From Cyanobacteria bacterium J06626_4 (GTDB lineage Bacteria > Cyanobacteriota > Cyanobacteriia > Phormidesmidales > Phormidesmidaceae): a stretch of 52,479 nt of DNA. Location of the stretch: contig JBCBJQ010000034.1 in the NCBI GenBank assembly GCA_038523235.1, forward strand, positions 1-52,479, given 5' to 3'. Both the position numbers and the translations under genes were made by a program. Positions within the stretch are counted from its first letter, which is position 1. The number at the start of each line of letters is the position of its first letter. The notes under the pieces were generated by a model. The model did no database searches and was not told the origin of the DNA. It was given only the letters and a program-made list of their open reading frames with translations. Shown in pieces: positions 9,366 to 18,946 of the stretch.

Positions 9366-10100
9366 ATGACTCACTGGGCCATTCTCTCTGGCATTAACGG
9401 CAATCTTTCCGCCTATGAAGCGGTGCTGGCTGACCTCAAGCGAGTTCGCTACCAGGTGGAATCGCTGTATATTTTGGGCGATCTCGTCGGCCCCGATCCG
9501 TACTGTGAGGCATTAGTGCAGCGTGTGCGTCAGCCCCATCGGCGTGAGCTGGAACCCCAAGTTTGTCTGGGCTGGTGGGAAGAACAGTGTTTTAACCTGC
9601 ACGGCATTGGCAGTGACCCGGAGGCTACCGAGTTGTTGAAGCAGATCGGCCCCGATGGCATTGAGCAACTTTGGAAATCGGTGTCGCGGCAGACGGTGCA
9701 GTGGCTGCGATCGCTGGACTTTGGCTTCTTTGAATTCGATTGTTTGCTGATTCACGGCAGTACGGTGGGGTGCCACGATGTGTTGACGCCGGAAACGCCG
9801 CCCATGCAACTGCTGGATCGACTGCTGCGGGCGGACGCCAACACGCTGTTTTGTGGACGATCAGGACAGACCTTTCAACTGCAAATTCCGGCAGGGGCGG
9901 TGACCTCTACCGTGACGACTTTGGATGCCCCAGTGCAGACCATGACGCAGACGGTGAGCGATCGCCAAATTGTCGGCGTCGGTAGCGTTGGCAAAGAACC
10001 GGGGGAGGCCACTTACACCCTGTATAGCCCCTACACCAATGCCGTGAGTTTCCGAACGGTACGCTACGGCAGCCAGGGCAAGGGCTTTGGGGCGGTTTGA
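9366..10100 (+). CDS. Metallophosphoesterase-like protein with degenerate metal ligands
   Basis: GDLVGP, IHGS and VGSVG retained; paralogous to the upstream gene. Confidence 0.85.
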   Translation: MTHWAILSGINGNLSAYEAVLADLKRVRYQVESLYILGDLVGPDPYCEALVQRVRQPHRRELEPQVCLGWWEEQCFNLHGIGSDPEATELLKQIGPDGIEQLWKSVSRQTVQWLRSLDFGFFEFDCLLIHGSTVGCHDVLTPETPPMQLLDRLLRADANTLFCGRSGQTFQLQIPAGAVTSTVTTLDAPVQTMTQTVSDRQIVGVGSVGKEPGEATYTLYSPYTNAVSFRTVRYGSQGKGFGAV

Positions 10101-10235
10101 CTCGATTCGCGTCAATCAGGAGTGGGGTAGGAACGATAGAAACGGTTGGCAGTCCTTGGAAGTGGAAGAGTAGCCCGGAAATTTGACGCGATCATGAGGC
10201 GTCTTACGCCCGATTCCGAATACTAGAGAGGATAT

Positions 10236-11162
10236 TCAGAATTTTCTCTCGGGTGAATTTAGGCTTTGCATCACCAGGTTTTGATCGACTTCGTTGGCAT
10301 CAATAAATTTCGATTTCTGTCGCTGGGTCCAAAAGCTAGCCAATAGCCCCTCTGATGGACTGAACACGAAAGCCAAACAGAAAAAGCAGAAGGATACGAG
10401 GACAATTGCAGCTCCGGAGGGCGCATCTAAGTAATAGCTCAGATACATGCCAATCACGCTGGACAGGGCCCCAATAATCGAACCCACCCACATCATTTGG
10501 TGCAGCTCTTTAACCAGTAAGTAGGCCGTGGCGGCTGGAGCCACTAGCAATGCCACCACCAACAGCGCCCCCACCGTGGGTAAACACACCACGATGGTGA
10601 CAGTCATCGCCGTAATCAGTGCAGCGTTATACCAATGCACCGACATCCCGCTGGCCTGAGCCCCTTTTGGATCAAAGGTGTAGAACAACAGCTCTTTGAA
10701 AAATAACCGTACCAAGATGACAGCGACCACGGTAACAGCTAAACTCCACCAGACCTCTGTCATGGTGACCCCGAGAATGTTGCCAAACAGGATGTGAATT
10801 AAGTCAATCCGATTGGCCCCCGGCAGGACACTCACTAACGTGACGCCAAGGGCCACGAATGAGGTCAAAATCAGGGCCATCGCGGCATCGGTTTTCACCC
10901 GCGATCGCGACTCAATCAAATAGAGCACCAGGGCGCTGAGCACACCAGAAACTAAGGCCCCAAACGAGAGGGCAACGCCAATCACATAGGCGATCGGCAG
11001 ACCCGCCATCACCGAGTGAGAAATGGCATGGGCTAACATCCCCATCTGCTGCACAATCATGTAGCTGCCCACAACGGCACAGAGAATGCCGAGAAAAATA
11101 CCCAGCATGAGGGCACGTTGCATAAACGACAATGACAAGGGCTCAATAATCCAATCCAACAT
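10236..11162 (-). CDS. Zn/Mn ABC transporter permease (ZnuB/MntB family)
   Basis: AISHS, LFGNILGV, FKELLFYTFDP, VGALLVVALLVAPAATA; ATG at 11162 preferred. Confidence 0.93.
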   Translation of the reverse strand: MLDWIIEPLSLSFMQRALMLGIFLGILCAVVGSYMIVQQMGMLAHAISHSVMAGLPIAYVIGVALSFGALVSGVLSALVLYLIESRSRVKTDAAMALILTSFVALGVTLVSVLPGANRIDLIHILFGNILGVTMTEVWWSLAVTVVAVILVRLFFKELLFYTFDPKGAQASGMSVHWYNAALITAMTVTIVVCLPTVGALLVVALLVAPAATAYLLVKELHQMMWVGSIIGALSSVIGMYLSYYLDAPSGAAIVLVSFCFFCLAFVFSPSEGLLASFWTQRQKSKFIDANEVDQNLVMQSLNSPERKF

Positions 11163-11312
11163 AGAAGGGTTCCGTCTCTTTTCAGGTTGATGGGTTGAAA
11201 GTGATGCAACAGGGCACTGTTCAATCGCGGAATGCTTAAGGCGCAAAACGGTATCTGCGGCAATTTCCTGATGACCCCTAGTGCAATAAAGCCGGGGCTA
11301 TGCAGATGCCGC

Positions 11313-12038
11313 CTAGGCGAAAACTCGGGCGAGACCGCGACCATAGGCCCGTTCTAAATTGTCGGCGGTGACCACCTCTCGACGGGTGCCATAGGCAATC
11401 AAGCGCTTATTGATCAGCAACAGCTGGTCATAAATCGCTAGCGAATCACCCAAATCGTGGTTAATGACGAGCAGGGTTTTGCCCTCTGACCGCAGTTCCT
11501 GGAAAATATCAAAAATGATGTCTTCAGTCTTGCGATCCACCGCGGTAAAGGGCTCATCAAAAATTAATAACTTCGCTTCTTTGGCCAGGGCACGGGCTAG
11601 AAACACTCGCTGCTGCTGCCCTCCTGATAACTCGCCAATGGGGCGATCGCGCAAATCATACATATCTACCCGTTCGAGCGCCGTGCGGGTCTGCTGTCGC
11701 GCCTGCTGGCTAAATCCCTTAAAGAGTCCAGTATGCACAGTTTGGGACATCATCACTACATTCCAGACGGTGACGGGGTAATCCCAATCAACACGAGACC
11801 GTTGGGGGACGTAGGCGGTTTGCAGGAGCTGACGCTTGAGGGGCATGTCATTAAATCGAGCCACTCCCTGGGTCACGGGCACCAAGTTCAAAATGGCCTC
11901 GACTAGCGTACTTTTGCCCGCACCATTGGGGCCAATAATGCCGACTAGCTGACCCGCAGGGACAAAAAAGCTGACATTATCAAGTGCGCAGTTGCCTTTA
12001 TAGTCAACCGACAAGTTCTGAATGTCTAACATCGGCAT
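11313..12038 (-). CDS. Zn/Mn ABC transporter ATP-binding protein (ZnuC/MntA family)
   Basis: GPNGAGKST, YVPQ, LSGGQQQR, FDEPF, H-loop. Confidence 0.95.
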   Translation of the reverse strand: MPMLDIQNLSVDYKGNCALDNVSFFVPAGQLVGIIGPNGAGKSTLVEAILNLVPVTQGVARFNDMPLKRQLLQTAYVPQRSRVDWDYPVTVWNVVMMSQTVHTGLFKGFSQQARQQTRTALERVDMYDLRDRPIGELSGGQQQRVFLARALAKEAKLLIFDEPFTAVDRKTEDIIFDIFQELRSEGKTLLVINHDLGDSLAIYDQLLLINKRLIAYGTRREVVTADNLERAYGRGLARVFA

Positions 12039-12262
12039 CAACCTATCACAGGAGAATAATACATCATCTCAATTATCTTCATTGAGGCAGCAAACCCAGT
12101 AGAGACGACACCAATCGCAAGAGCCCTCTAGAGAGCAGCGACATCACAGGCAACTGCCTGAACCGAGATTGGACTGCCGTACAGAAGCACCTTAACTTAA
12201 TGGCATTGTTTATCAATAAGTCAATCAAGATGGTAACGCCTATTAATAGGCTAATCAAAAGG

Positions 12263-12290
12263 TTGACACAACTGTATAGGTTAGTAGTAT
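12263..12290 (+). promoter_or_regulatory. Putative sigma70 promoter for the substrate-binding protein gene
   Basis: TTGACA-N16-TAGTAT. Confidence 0.4.
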
Positions 12291-12534
12291 TAATATCTAC
12301 GCTTGATAGCGTGTTGCTCATTTTTGCCCTAATGCAGGCTGAACATAGAGTAGTACCAGCAGTTTTAACGTATACAAGCGCACAGAAACGGATGTTCGAA
12401 TTCAAAGTTCACCAAACTTTTCTGGGTTGTAACTATCGTTGAGCTAACTGGCGTAGTCGTAACAATCGGTGGTTGTCTAGCCCCCGTTGTTGAAGACAAT
12501 TCTTAAATAAATGTAAGGTACAGAGGAACCATTC

Positions 12535-13542
12535 ATGCAACGATTTTTTGCCCCCCACCAAGGGATGTTAGGAGTTGCAACTGCACTCCTGATTGGTCTT
12601 GCCGGTTGTACCGCCTCAACCCCCAGTGACCCGGCCGCTGAATCTGACCCCGCTGCTGAATCTGACCCCGCCGCCACTGATGTCACCGACGAAGGCCCGA
12701 TTGATGTCGTCGCCTCCTACAGTGTTATTTGCGATTTGACCGAACAAATTGCGGGGGATGCAGTGCAATTGGCCTGTCTAATTCCCGCCGACCAAGACCC
12801 CCACACCTATGAGGCCACCCCCTCCGACCGGGAAGCCGTCGATACGGCCGACCTGGTCTTTTATGCAGGGCTCAACTTTGAACCCTCCATTATTGATATG
12901 GCGACCGCATCGGACTCCGAAGCTCCCAAAATTGCTCTGCACGATGAATCGGTGCAGGAACTGATTGAAGTGGAAGAAGAGGGGACATTGGAGCCCGATC
13001 CCCACGTCTGGCATGACGTTGAGAATGGTCTGGCGATGGTCGCCTTGATTCGGGACAACCTCATCGCCGTTGATCCAGACAATGCCGATATGTATACCGC
13101 CAATGCGGAACAGCTGACGGCTGAGTTAGAGGCTCTGGATGTCTGGATTCCTGAGCAAATTGCCACCATTCCGGAAGACCAGCGCCGCTTGATTACGACC
13201 CATGATGCGATGTCGTATTACTCTCAAGCCTATGGGTTAACGGTCGAGGGCACCTTGCTGGGGGTTTCAACGGAAGAGGAACCCACGGCCGCCAAGGTTA
13301 ACGAACTCGCCACCTCAATTCGTGACAAGAACCTGCCGATCATTTTTACTGAACTCACGGCTGATGATCGCGTCTTACAAACGGTGGCAGACGAAGCAGG
13401 GGTCTCTATTTCTGAGAATGTCTTGCTGGCAGATGGTTTGGGACCAGAAGGGACGCCTGGAGACACTTACACCGGGATGCTGGTTTACAACACCTGCGCC
13501 ATTGTTGGAGGCTTAGGCGGCGAGTGTGCGCCGGCTCCATAG
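12535..13542 (+). CDS. Cluster A-I Zn/Mn ABC substrate-binding lipoprotein
   Basis: Lipobox LAGC; ligands DPH, DPHVWH, THD and C-terminal D (ADGL); (SDPAAE)x3 linker. Confidence 0.93.
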   Translation: MQRFFAPHQGMLGVATALLIGLAGCTASTPSDPAAESDPAAESDPAATDVTDEGPIDVVASYSVICDLTEQIAGDAVQLACLIPADQDPHTYEATPSDREAVDTADLVFYAGLNFEPSIIDMATASDSEAPKIALHDESVQELIEVEEEGTLEPDPHVWHDVENGLAMVALIRDNLIAVDPDNADMYTANAEQLTAELEALDVWIPEQIATIPEDQRRLITTHDAMSYYSQAYGLTVEGTLLGVSTEEEPTAAKVNELATSIRDKNLPIIFTELTADDRVLQTVADEAGVSISENVLLADGLGPEGTPGDTYTGMLVYNTCAIVGGLGGECAPAP

Positions 13543-13680
13543 GACTTGCCAACCTTAAATTCTGTAAGGTTTCTAAAAGTAATGGGGTGATTCACTCTAG
13601 CCCTTGAAAAACACTAGCGTCCATCTCGATATTCACAAGAATGTCAAGGTGGACGTTCGTGTTTCAAGCTAAGCCGCAGT

Positions 13681-13798
13681 TATACCAGTTCTGCAAAGTA
13701 GCGCTATAGATCGGGGATCCCCCGCTATCGCTGCCCCCTTGTCGAAGGGGGCTACACACTTTTGTGATGTGTAGTCCAAATTCAGCGAATTGGTATTA
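13681..13798. mobile_element. MITE-like element, copy 1
   Basis: Ends ATACCAGTT / AATTGGTAT with T/A flanks. Internal hairpins GCCCCCTT-GTCG-AAGGGGGC and CTACACA...TGTGTAG. About 90% identical to 29954-30072. Confidence 0.8.
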
Positions 13799-13827
13799 AC
13801 TGACTGAAGCCACTGGTGGTTAGGCTT

Positions 13828-13992
13828 ACCTGCCAACTGCAAATTCCGGCAAGGGCGGTGACCTCTACCGTGACGATGTTGGATGCCCCAGCGCAGACCC
13901 AGACGGTAAGCGATCACCAAATTGTTGGCGTCGACAGCGTTGGCAAAGAACCGGGGAAGACCACTGACATGCTGTGCATTCCTGACACCAAT
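13828..13992 (+). pseudogene. Remnant of the 3' part of metallophosphoesterase 9366-10100 (duplicate of 9870-10040)
   Basis: About 22 mismatches plus one 6-bp indel over ~165 bp; encodes QLQIPA.AVTSTVT.LDAP...SVGKEPG. Confidence 0.85.
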
Positions 13993-14216
13993 TTTCCTGC
14001 TGATGATTGCCAGTTTCCTAGGCTAACTGATGTTGCTTGCCAGGGTGCTGGGCCATTGAAGCTCGACACTATGGCGTTGATTCAACTTCAGAGTGATGGG
14101 CAAGTTTAGACGATTGCTCATCACTCGCCACAGACAATCTTGGAATTCCGACAGGTACTGCCTAGCGATCGGTGCGCACGGGCGTTGTCAGAACGAGATC
14201 GCTTGCTTCAGGGAAC

Positions 14217-14870
14217 TTATGAGCAGGGTGCGCTCCCCAAAATCGATTTGTCCTCGCTTTCCCTGATTTCACATGTTATTCCCCGTGCAGGTCTAGACAA
14301 CCACTTGCAAGCAAACTCTTTGTGCTTGAAAGCATTTCCGCCTTGACGCACTAGCGTTGTGTAGTACTTGCCACCCGGAACATTGCACCCCTCATCAAAT
14401 CGGAAGCGCAGCCCAATCCATCCTCGATCTCGCGTCACTATGCCTGTCACCGGAATTTCGTACACAAAGTTGACGTCTGCGGTTGCTATTGATGGCTCGA
14501 TCCTTTCATCAAGCCTAATAGTCAGGTGTCCTTTGAAATCATCGGGTACGATGATCGTCGCAATCGGGCCAATGTACGCCCGCCATGCCGTATCTAGCAT
14601 TAGCAAAGTGACGATTAGAACAAATAGGAACGACAGACTACCCCAGGCTAAAGAGGGAATGCCAATGAGCTGCCCTCGCGACCTCAAGACACCGAGACCT
14701 ACACATCCAATAGCGAGGATGATAAACACACCAATAATCGTTATTCACAACACCCCTGTACCAAGTCCGGAAGCAGCCTTCAAAACAGTCATCTGAAAGA
14801 TTGGAGTCCCAAAGCCAATCGCGAGAACAGCCAGCGCGAGGACGAGGAGTATTATTTGTCGGCGTCTCAC
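14217..14870 (-). pseudogene. Probable membrane-protein pseudogene with an in-frame TGA
   Basis: Frame continues upstream of 14729 to GTG at 14870 (VRRRQIILLVLALAVLAIG...), interrupted only by TGA at 14745-14747. Confidence 0.5.
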
Positions 14871-15058
14871 TGCTTTACGAACTCCCTCAATACGTCAAGG
14901 CAACCTAAACCTCTGACCTGCAATTTAAATGGTAATAATCGCCCTATCAAAAGCCTTCAAACATCAGCCACCCAATAGCGCCTCAAGTCTCTTCGTGGCG
15001 TTTCAATCGGCTCAAAACGCGATCGCTTCAGAAATGCTGTCGTCAGATTTAACCTGAA

Positions 15059-15412
15059 TTAATCGTCAGGCTCATCCAAGTGCTCTGAGGCTTCCTGATA
15101 GAGATTAAAGATGTGGTCGTCTTTCAGGCAATAGTAAACACTGCGGCCCTGCTTGCGATAGCTAACCAATCGCATCGTGCGCAACACTCTCAACTGATGA
15201 GAAACGGCAGATTCACTCATGTCGACGGCCTCAGCCAGCTCGCCCACGCGCAATTCTTTCAAAGCCAGGGCAGACAAAATGCGCCAGCGATTCGGGTCTC
15301 CCAGCACCCCAAAAAACTCGGCCATCCGCTGAGCCTTTTCCACACTCAGAATCTTACTAACCGGAAAATCTACCCCGATCGCCGGCACTGTTTGGTCTTC
15401 AGAGTTCGACAT
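15059..15412 (-). CDS. smtB: SmtB zinc-responsive repressor
   Basis: [19 protein letters not shown], alpha5 ligands D-x-H...H; divergent from metallothionein. Confidence 0.92.
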   Translation of the reverse strand: MSNSEDQTVPAIGVDFPVSKILSVEKAQRMAEFFGVLGDPNRWRILSALALKELRVGELAEAVDMSESAVSHQLRVLRTMRLVSYRKQGRSVYYCLKDDHIFNLYQEASEHLDEPDD

Positions 15413-15496
15413 TAATCAGCCGATCGCCACCAGCAACATCAACACTTTCAACTTCAGCTCAGCCATTTTAGTTCAGAGCTAAAGAATGTGTACCTA

Positions 15497-15552
15497 GATA
15501 CCTGAACAAGCATTCAAGTGTTATATTATCCATGAATAACTGTTCAAGTATC
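15497..15552. promoter_or_regulatory. Two SmtB 12-2-12 operators
   Basis: Cores TGAA-CAAGCA-TTCA (15503-15516) and TGAA-TAACTG-TTCA (15533-15546). Confidence 0.85.
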
Positions 15553-15580
15553 TGCCATTCTATCGGCTAAGGAGACTGCC

Positions 15581-15748
15581 ATGACAACTGTTACTCAAAT
15601 GAAATGCGCCTGCGATTCTTGTCTGTGCATTGTTGATACCAGCCAAGCGGTTGAAAAAGAAGGTCACTACTATTGCAGCGACGCCTGTGCGACCGACCAT
15701 CCTGAAGGTTCTGGCTGTGGTCATACCGGCTGTACTTGTCATAGCTGA
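15581..15748 (+). CDS. smtA: Bacterial metallothionein SmtA (55 aa; not in the ORF track)
   Basis: MTTVTQMKCACDSCLCIVDTSQAVEKEGHYYCSDACATDHPEGSGCGHTGCTCHS; AGGAG RBS. Confidence 0.96.
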   Translation: MTTVTQMKCACDSCLCIVDTSQAVEKEGHYYCSDACATDHPEGSGCGHTGCTCHS

Positions 15749-15878
15749 AGCCCTGCAGGCAGCAGGGATCATGCCCTCCTGGGTAGATTCAATTGATTGA
15801 AAAGGGAGGCAGGCGATCGCGCTGCTGTCTGTATCTGATCGTCTGTCCCCCTTTTGTTCAGCAAGGGGTAACAATTCA

Positions 15879-16023
15879 GGTGTTGCTGAATTACGGTATG
15901 AATTTGCCCCCTCGCCCCCAATTCTGGGGGCGCCGGATTTCTCAAAGTCCCTCAGAATTGAGGGATTCAGGGGGCGAGATCACTGGCAACTCAGATAGAT
16001 CCATACTTCGATTCAGCAACGCC
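15879..16023. mobile_element. 145-bp MITE with 8-bp target-site duplication
   Basis: TIRs GGTGTTGCTGAAT / ATTCAGCAACGCC, extending imperfectly to ~25 bp. TSD ACAATTCA at 15871-15878 and 16024-16031. Confidence 0.9.
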
Positions 16024-16133
16024 ACAATTCACCATCACGTGTGACCGTTTCTACTCGGCAGCACGTCAGTTGAGTTTTGCCAGCTGGGGCCTCGTCACCC
16101 ACGCTCAGGCTTCTCGACTGTTTCTGGCCCAAT

Positions 16134-16997
16134 TCACGTGAGCCAGCGCCGCCGCCAGGCCCCAGTCGATTGCAATGCTGAGGTTGCCTGTTCTTGAGTG
16201 CGCCGTTGCTGAATGGTTGCTGCATCATCCTGCAGCGCGGGATCGCGATAGGGGACGGCAGCGCGGGTTTGCAGGTGTTCTTGCTCTTGCTGAGATAACG
16301 GTTGCAGATTGCAACCGTCGTAGCTGGCCAGGGTGCTGGGCCATTGGCGATCGCGCACTGCCAGCGAGCCAATCTGTAATCCCGCCAGCTGCAGTGCTGT
16401 ACGCACCGCTGCCGCGCAAGAATAGGTTACTAGCACCCCCTGCGGCTGCAGGCACTGAGCCACTAACGCGAGAAACTCGACCGTCCACAATTGCGGACAG
16501 CGCGGTGGTGAAAACGGATCAAGAAAGATGACGTCGGCCTGCAGACCCGTTGTGGCCAGCGTTTGCAGGTGCTGCCGGGCATCGCCGATGAGCAAGTCTG
16601 CCTGGAGGTGGGTGCGAATTTGCTGCGTTTTGGCGAGATCGGTGAGGGCGACTTGTACGGGTGGCGGCCAGTTATTAAGGAGGCCCTGGGCGATCGCGGC
16701 GCGGGGCACGGTTTCATCCAGTTCTAGCCCCACCAGCTGGATTTGAGCCTGGGGCTTGATGGCCCAAATGCCTTCTAAGGCAGCGGCGGTGTTGTAGCCC
16801 AGGCCGTAGCAAACATCCAAAATTGTGATGCGGTCTTGCCTCAAGGCGCGGGGCACCAGATTGGTCGCCTGCACGTAGATGCTGCGGGCTTCGGCATAGG
16901 CCCCTTCGCGGCTGTGAAACCATTCGCCAAAGGTTTCGGAAAAGAAGGTGGCGCTGCCGTCAGCAGTGGGGATCAGGGGGAAATGCGGCGTTTCCAT
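16134..16997 (-). CDS. MnmC-type tRNA (mnm5s2U34) methyltransferase domain protein
   Basis: TADGS.T, FHS..GA..EA, DVCYGLGYN, FLDPFSP..CPQLWT, TYSCA. Confidence 0.88.
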   Translation of the reverse strand: METPHFPLIPTADGSATFFSETFGEWFHSREGAYAEARSIYVQATNLVPRALRQDRITILDVCYGLGYNTAAALEGIWAIKPQAQIQLVGLELDETVPRAAIAQGLLNNWPPPVQVALTDLAKTQQIRTHLQADLLIGDARQHLQTLATTGLQADVIFLDPFSPPRCPQLWTVEFLALVAQCLQPQGVLVTYSCAAAVRTALQLAGLQIGSLAVRDRQWPSTLASYDGCNLQPLSQQEQEHLQTRAAVPYRDPALQDDAATIQQRRTQEQATSALQSTGAWRRRWLT

Positions 16998-17122
16998 CGG
17001 GATCTTTAGCGAAACTGGCAGGATCGATAAAAGATCCTAACGGCTCAATCCTTCCAGATGCGGCACAATAAAGGAAGTTAAGAAACTTTACCGTTGTTAA
17101 AGTGTCCTGCCAGGAGGGCTTG

Positions 17123-18847
17123 ATGGTCGCTGCCGCACCCCAAATTCAAAAACGCCTCACCATGCAAGTGGAACCCGACATTGCTGCGGATACCACGGTT
17201 ATGCGATCGCTCGATTGGGATCGCGATCGCTTCGACATCGAGTTTGGCCTGCAAAATGGCACCACCTACAACTCCTTTCTCATTCGCGGTGACAAGATTG
17301 CCCTGGTCGATACCTCCCACGCCAAGTTTCGCGAGCTGTACCTCGACATTCTTAAAGGGCAAATCGACCCGGCCACGATTGACTACCTCGTAATTAGCCA
17401 CACTGAACCCGACCACAGCGGCCTCGTGCGCGATGTGTTGGCACTGGCCCCGCAAGCAATTGTGGTCGGTGCGAAAGTGGCGCTGGCCTTTTTAGACGAC
17501 CTGGTACACCAACCCTTTGAGCGACTGCAGGTCAAAAACGGTGATCAGCTCGACCTGGGCAACGGCCATGTTTTAGAATTTGTCAACGCCCCAAACCTGC
17601 ATTGGCCCGATACGATTTTCACCTACGACCACAAGAGTCAGGTGTTGTTTACCTGTGATGCCTTTGGCCTGCATTACTGCAGTGATGACCTGTATGACGA
17701 AGATTTAGCCGCCATTTCCCCCGATTTTCGCTTCTATTATGAGTGCTTGATGGCCCCCAATGCTCGCTCCGTGCTCTCAGCGATGAAGCGGATGGATGCC
17801 CTGCCTGAAGTGACCACCGTTGCCACCGGCCACGGCCCGCTGCTGCGTCACAATGTTGGCGAGCTCACTGGTCGCTATCGCCGCTGGAGTCAAGAAAAGA
17901 GCCAGGCCGAAACACTGGTCGCTGTGTTTTACACCTCCGACTACGGCTATAGCGATCGCCTGTCTCAAGCGATCGCGCGGGGCATTACCAAAACCGGCGT
18001 GGCAGTTGAAATGATGGATTTGCGATCGGCAGATCCACAAGAGGTCAATGAGCTGGTGGGTCGGGCACGGGGATTGGCGATCGGCATGCCCCCCGCAACC
18101 GGTGCGAAAGAAGCCCAAGCCGCACTCGGCACGATTTTGGCGGCGGTGAGCAACAAGCAGGCCGTCGGGCTATTTGAATCCTACGGCGGCGATGATGAGC
18201 CCATTGATCCACTCACAGCCAGTTTGCAGGATCTGGATCTGCGACTGGCCTTTGACCCCATCCGGGTTAAAGACACGCCGGATGAGGCGATTTACCAGCT
18301 CTGCGATGAAGCCGGTATCGACTTCGGTCAACTGCTGGGTCAGGCCAAAAAGCTGAAGAAGCTGAAGTCACTGAACGCTGAGATGGAAAAAGCGCTCGGT
18401 CGCATCAGCAGCGGCTTGTACATCATCACGGCCCAAAAAGGCGACGTCTCCAGCGCCATGTTGGCCTCTTGGGTTTCGCAGGCGAGCTTTAAGCCGCTGG
18501 GTCTCACGGTCGCGGTGGCCAAGGACCGGGCCATTGAGTCACTCATGCAGGTGGGTGATACCTTTGTGCTCAACATTCTCGAAGAGGGCAACTACGCGTC
18601 GCTGATGAAGCACTTTTTGAAGCGGTTTCCACCGGGGGGCGATCGCTTCGCGGGCATTCGCACGCGTCCAGCGAACAACGGCTCGCCGCTCTTGGGTGAT
18701 GCGTTGGCCTATCTGGAATGCACGGTGACTAGCCGCATGGAGGTGAGCGACCACTGGGTTGTTTACTGCACCATTGATGAGGGCAAGGTGTCTGACCCCG
18801 ACGGCATGACTGCCGTTCATCACCGCAAAGTGGGCACCTATTATTAA
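17123..18847 (+). CDS. flv3: Class C flavodiiron protein, Flv3-like
   Basis: RSLDWDRDRFDIEFGL, canonical HTEPDH, LHWPD, flavodoxin and flavin-reductase domains ending HHRKVG; AGGAGG RBS. Flv3 vs Flv4 assignment is by resemblance only. Confidence 0.85.
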   Translation: MVAAAPQIQKRLTMQVEPDIAADTTVMRSLDWDRDRFDIEFGLQNGTTYNSFLIRGDKIALVDTSHAKFRELYLDILKGQIDPATIDYLVISHTEPDHSGLVRDVLALAPQAIVVGAKVALAFLDDLVHQPFERLQVKNGDQLDLGNGHVLEFVNAPNLHWPDTIFTYDHKSQVLFTCDAFGLHYCSDDLYDEDLAAISPDFRFYYECLMAPNARSVLSAMKRMDALPEVTTVATGHGPLLRHNVGELTGRYRRWSQEKSQAETLVAVFYTSDYGYSDRLSQAIARGITKTGVAVEMMDLRSADPQEVNELVGRARGLAIGMPPATGAKEAQAALGTILAAVSNKQAVGLFESYGGDDEPIDPLTASLQDLDLRLAFDPIRVKDTPDEAIYQLCDEAGIDFGQLLGQAKKLKKLKSLNAEMEKALGRISSGLYIITAQKGDVSSAMLASWVSQASFKPLGLTVAVAKDRAIESLMQVGDTFVLNILEEGNYASLMKHFLKRFPPGGDRFAGIRTRPANNGSPLLGDALAYLECTVTSRMEVSDHWVVYCTIDEGKVSDPDGMTAVHHRKVGTYY

Positions 18848-18946
18848 GTTGTCTGGTGTTGGGAGCCTCAATCGTGATGCCAGTCACCTTTTGAAAAGCT
18901 AGCTGGGAAGCCTGGTAACGAGAGTCTCTTTCCATCGCTGACGGCA

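Noticed and set aside
4800..13992. Diverged repeat pairs as DGR template/variable repeats
   Set aside because: Mismatches involve all four bases rather than adenines only, and no reverse transcriptase is present
13816..14109. 97-aa ORF as a real gene
   Set aside because: It is the duplicated phosphoesterase fragment reading into unrelated DNA
14745..14747. In-frame TGA as selenocysteine
   Set aside because: It lies in a hydrophobic segment with no redox motif and no evident SECIS-like hairpin
15560..16044. ORFs 15560-15874(-) and 15793-16044(+)
   Set aside because: Antisense to smtA, or running through the MITE
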